From NCBI GenBank assembly GCA_027064885.1, contig JAMOOZ010000117.1, positions 1 to 47,086 on the forward strand: a stretch of DNA of 47,086 nt, in the 5' to 3' direction. The notes beneath the pieces were generated by a model. That model worked only from the letters and a program-made list of their open reading frames with translations. It made no database searches and was not told where the DNA came from. How positions within the stretch are numbered: position 1 is the first letter of the stretch; the number at the start of each line of letters is the position of its first letter. Shown here one piece after another: positions 47,075 through 47,086 of this stretch. A program made the position numbers and the translations under genes. The DNA is from Desulfurococcales archaeon (GTDB taxonomy: Archaea; Thermoproteota; Thermoprotei_A; Sulfolobales; NBVN01).

Positions 47075-47086
47075 GATGCACTTGTA

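Larger units (their letters stand above)
1..47086. mobile_element. Filamentous archaeal dsDNA virus genome or large segment (Tokiviricetes/rudivirus-like)
   Basis: SIRV2-like MCP, Hjc, two GT4 glycosyltransferases, methyltransferase, giant virion-type protein, many short orphan ORFs and RHH proteins; no housekeeping operons; archaeal SD motifs and frequent GTG starts. Confidence 0.88.

Noticed and set aside
1-47086. Terminal inverted repeats, tRNA genes or att sites
   Set aside because: Window ends do not match each other by eye, the right end lies at a CDS start, and no cloverleaf or integrase was recognised

Overview
The window looks like most or all of the genome of a filamentous dsDNA virus of a hyperthermophilic archaeon (Adnaviria/Tokiviricetes, rudivirus-like; host probably a GC-rich crenarchaeon). 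Support: a SIRV2-type major capsid protein (21664-22038), an Hjc resolvase, two GT4 glycosyltransferases with a SAM methyltransferase, a very large virion-type protein, several RHH/wHTH regulators, archaeal GGTG-type ribosome-binding sites and T-tract terminators. I found no rRNA, tRNA or CRISPR array. The most striking locus is 8.3-16.5 kb: a 1100-aa fibre-like protein ends in 62 aromatic-X-Asp/Asn motifs (mostly HSD, FSD, FSN) whose spacing irregularities mirror each other about an aromatic tip. It is followed directly by a radical SAM/SPASM-type enzyme, a Cys-motif protein and a nucleotidyltransferase, and is flanked by tail-fibre-adaptor-like genes. I infer a virus-encoded system that cross-links or otherwise modifies a virion needle protein. 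Also present: a DpdA/TGT-like plus QueF-like pair (7-deazaguanine DNA modification), a second capsid-fold protein fused to an Ig-like domain, a TFB-like protein lacking a Zn-ribbon, MEMO1 and PAPS-reductase-family genes, and strong apparent GATC/CCGG avoidance. All family calls are from motif recognition by eye; no database searches were run.
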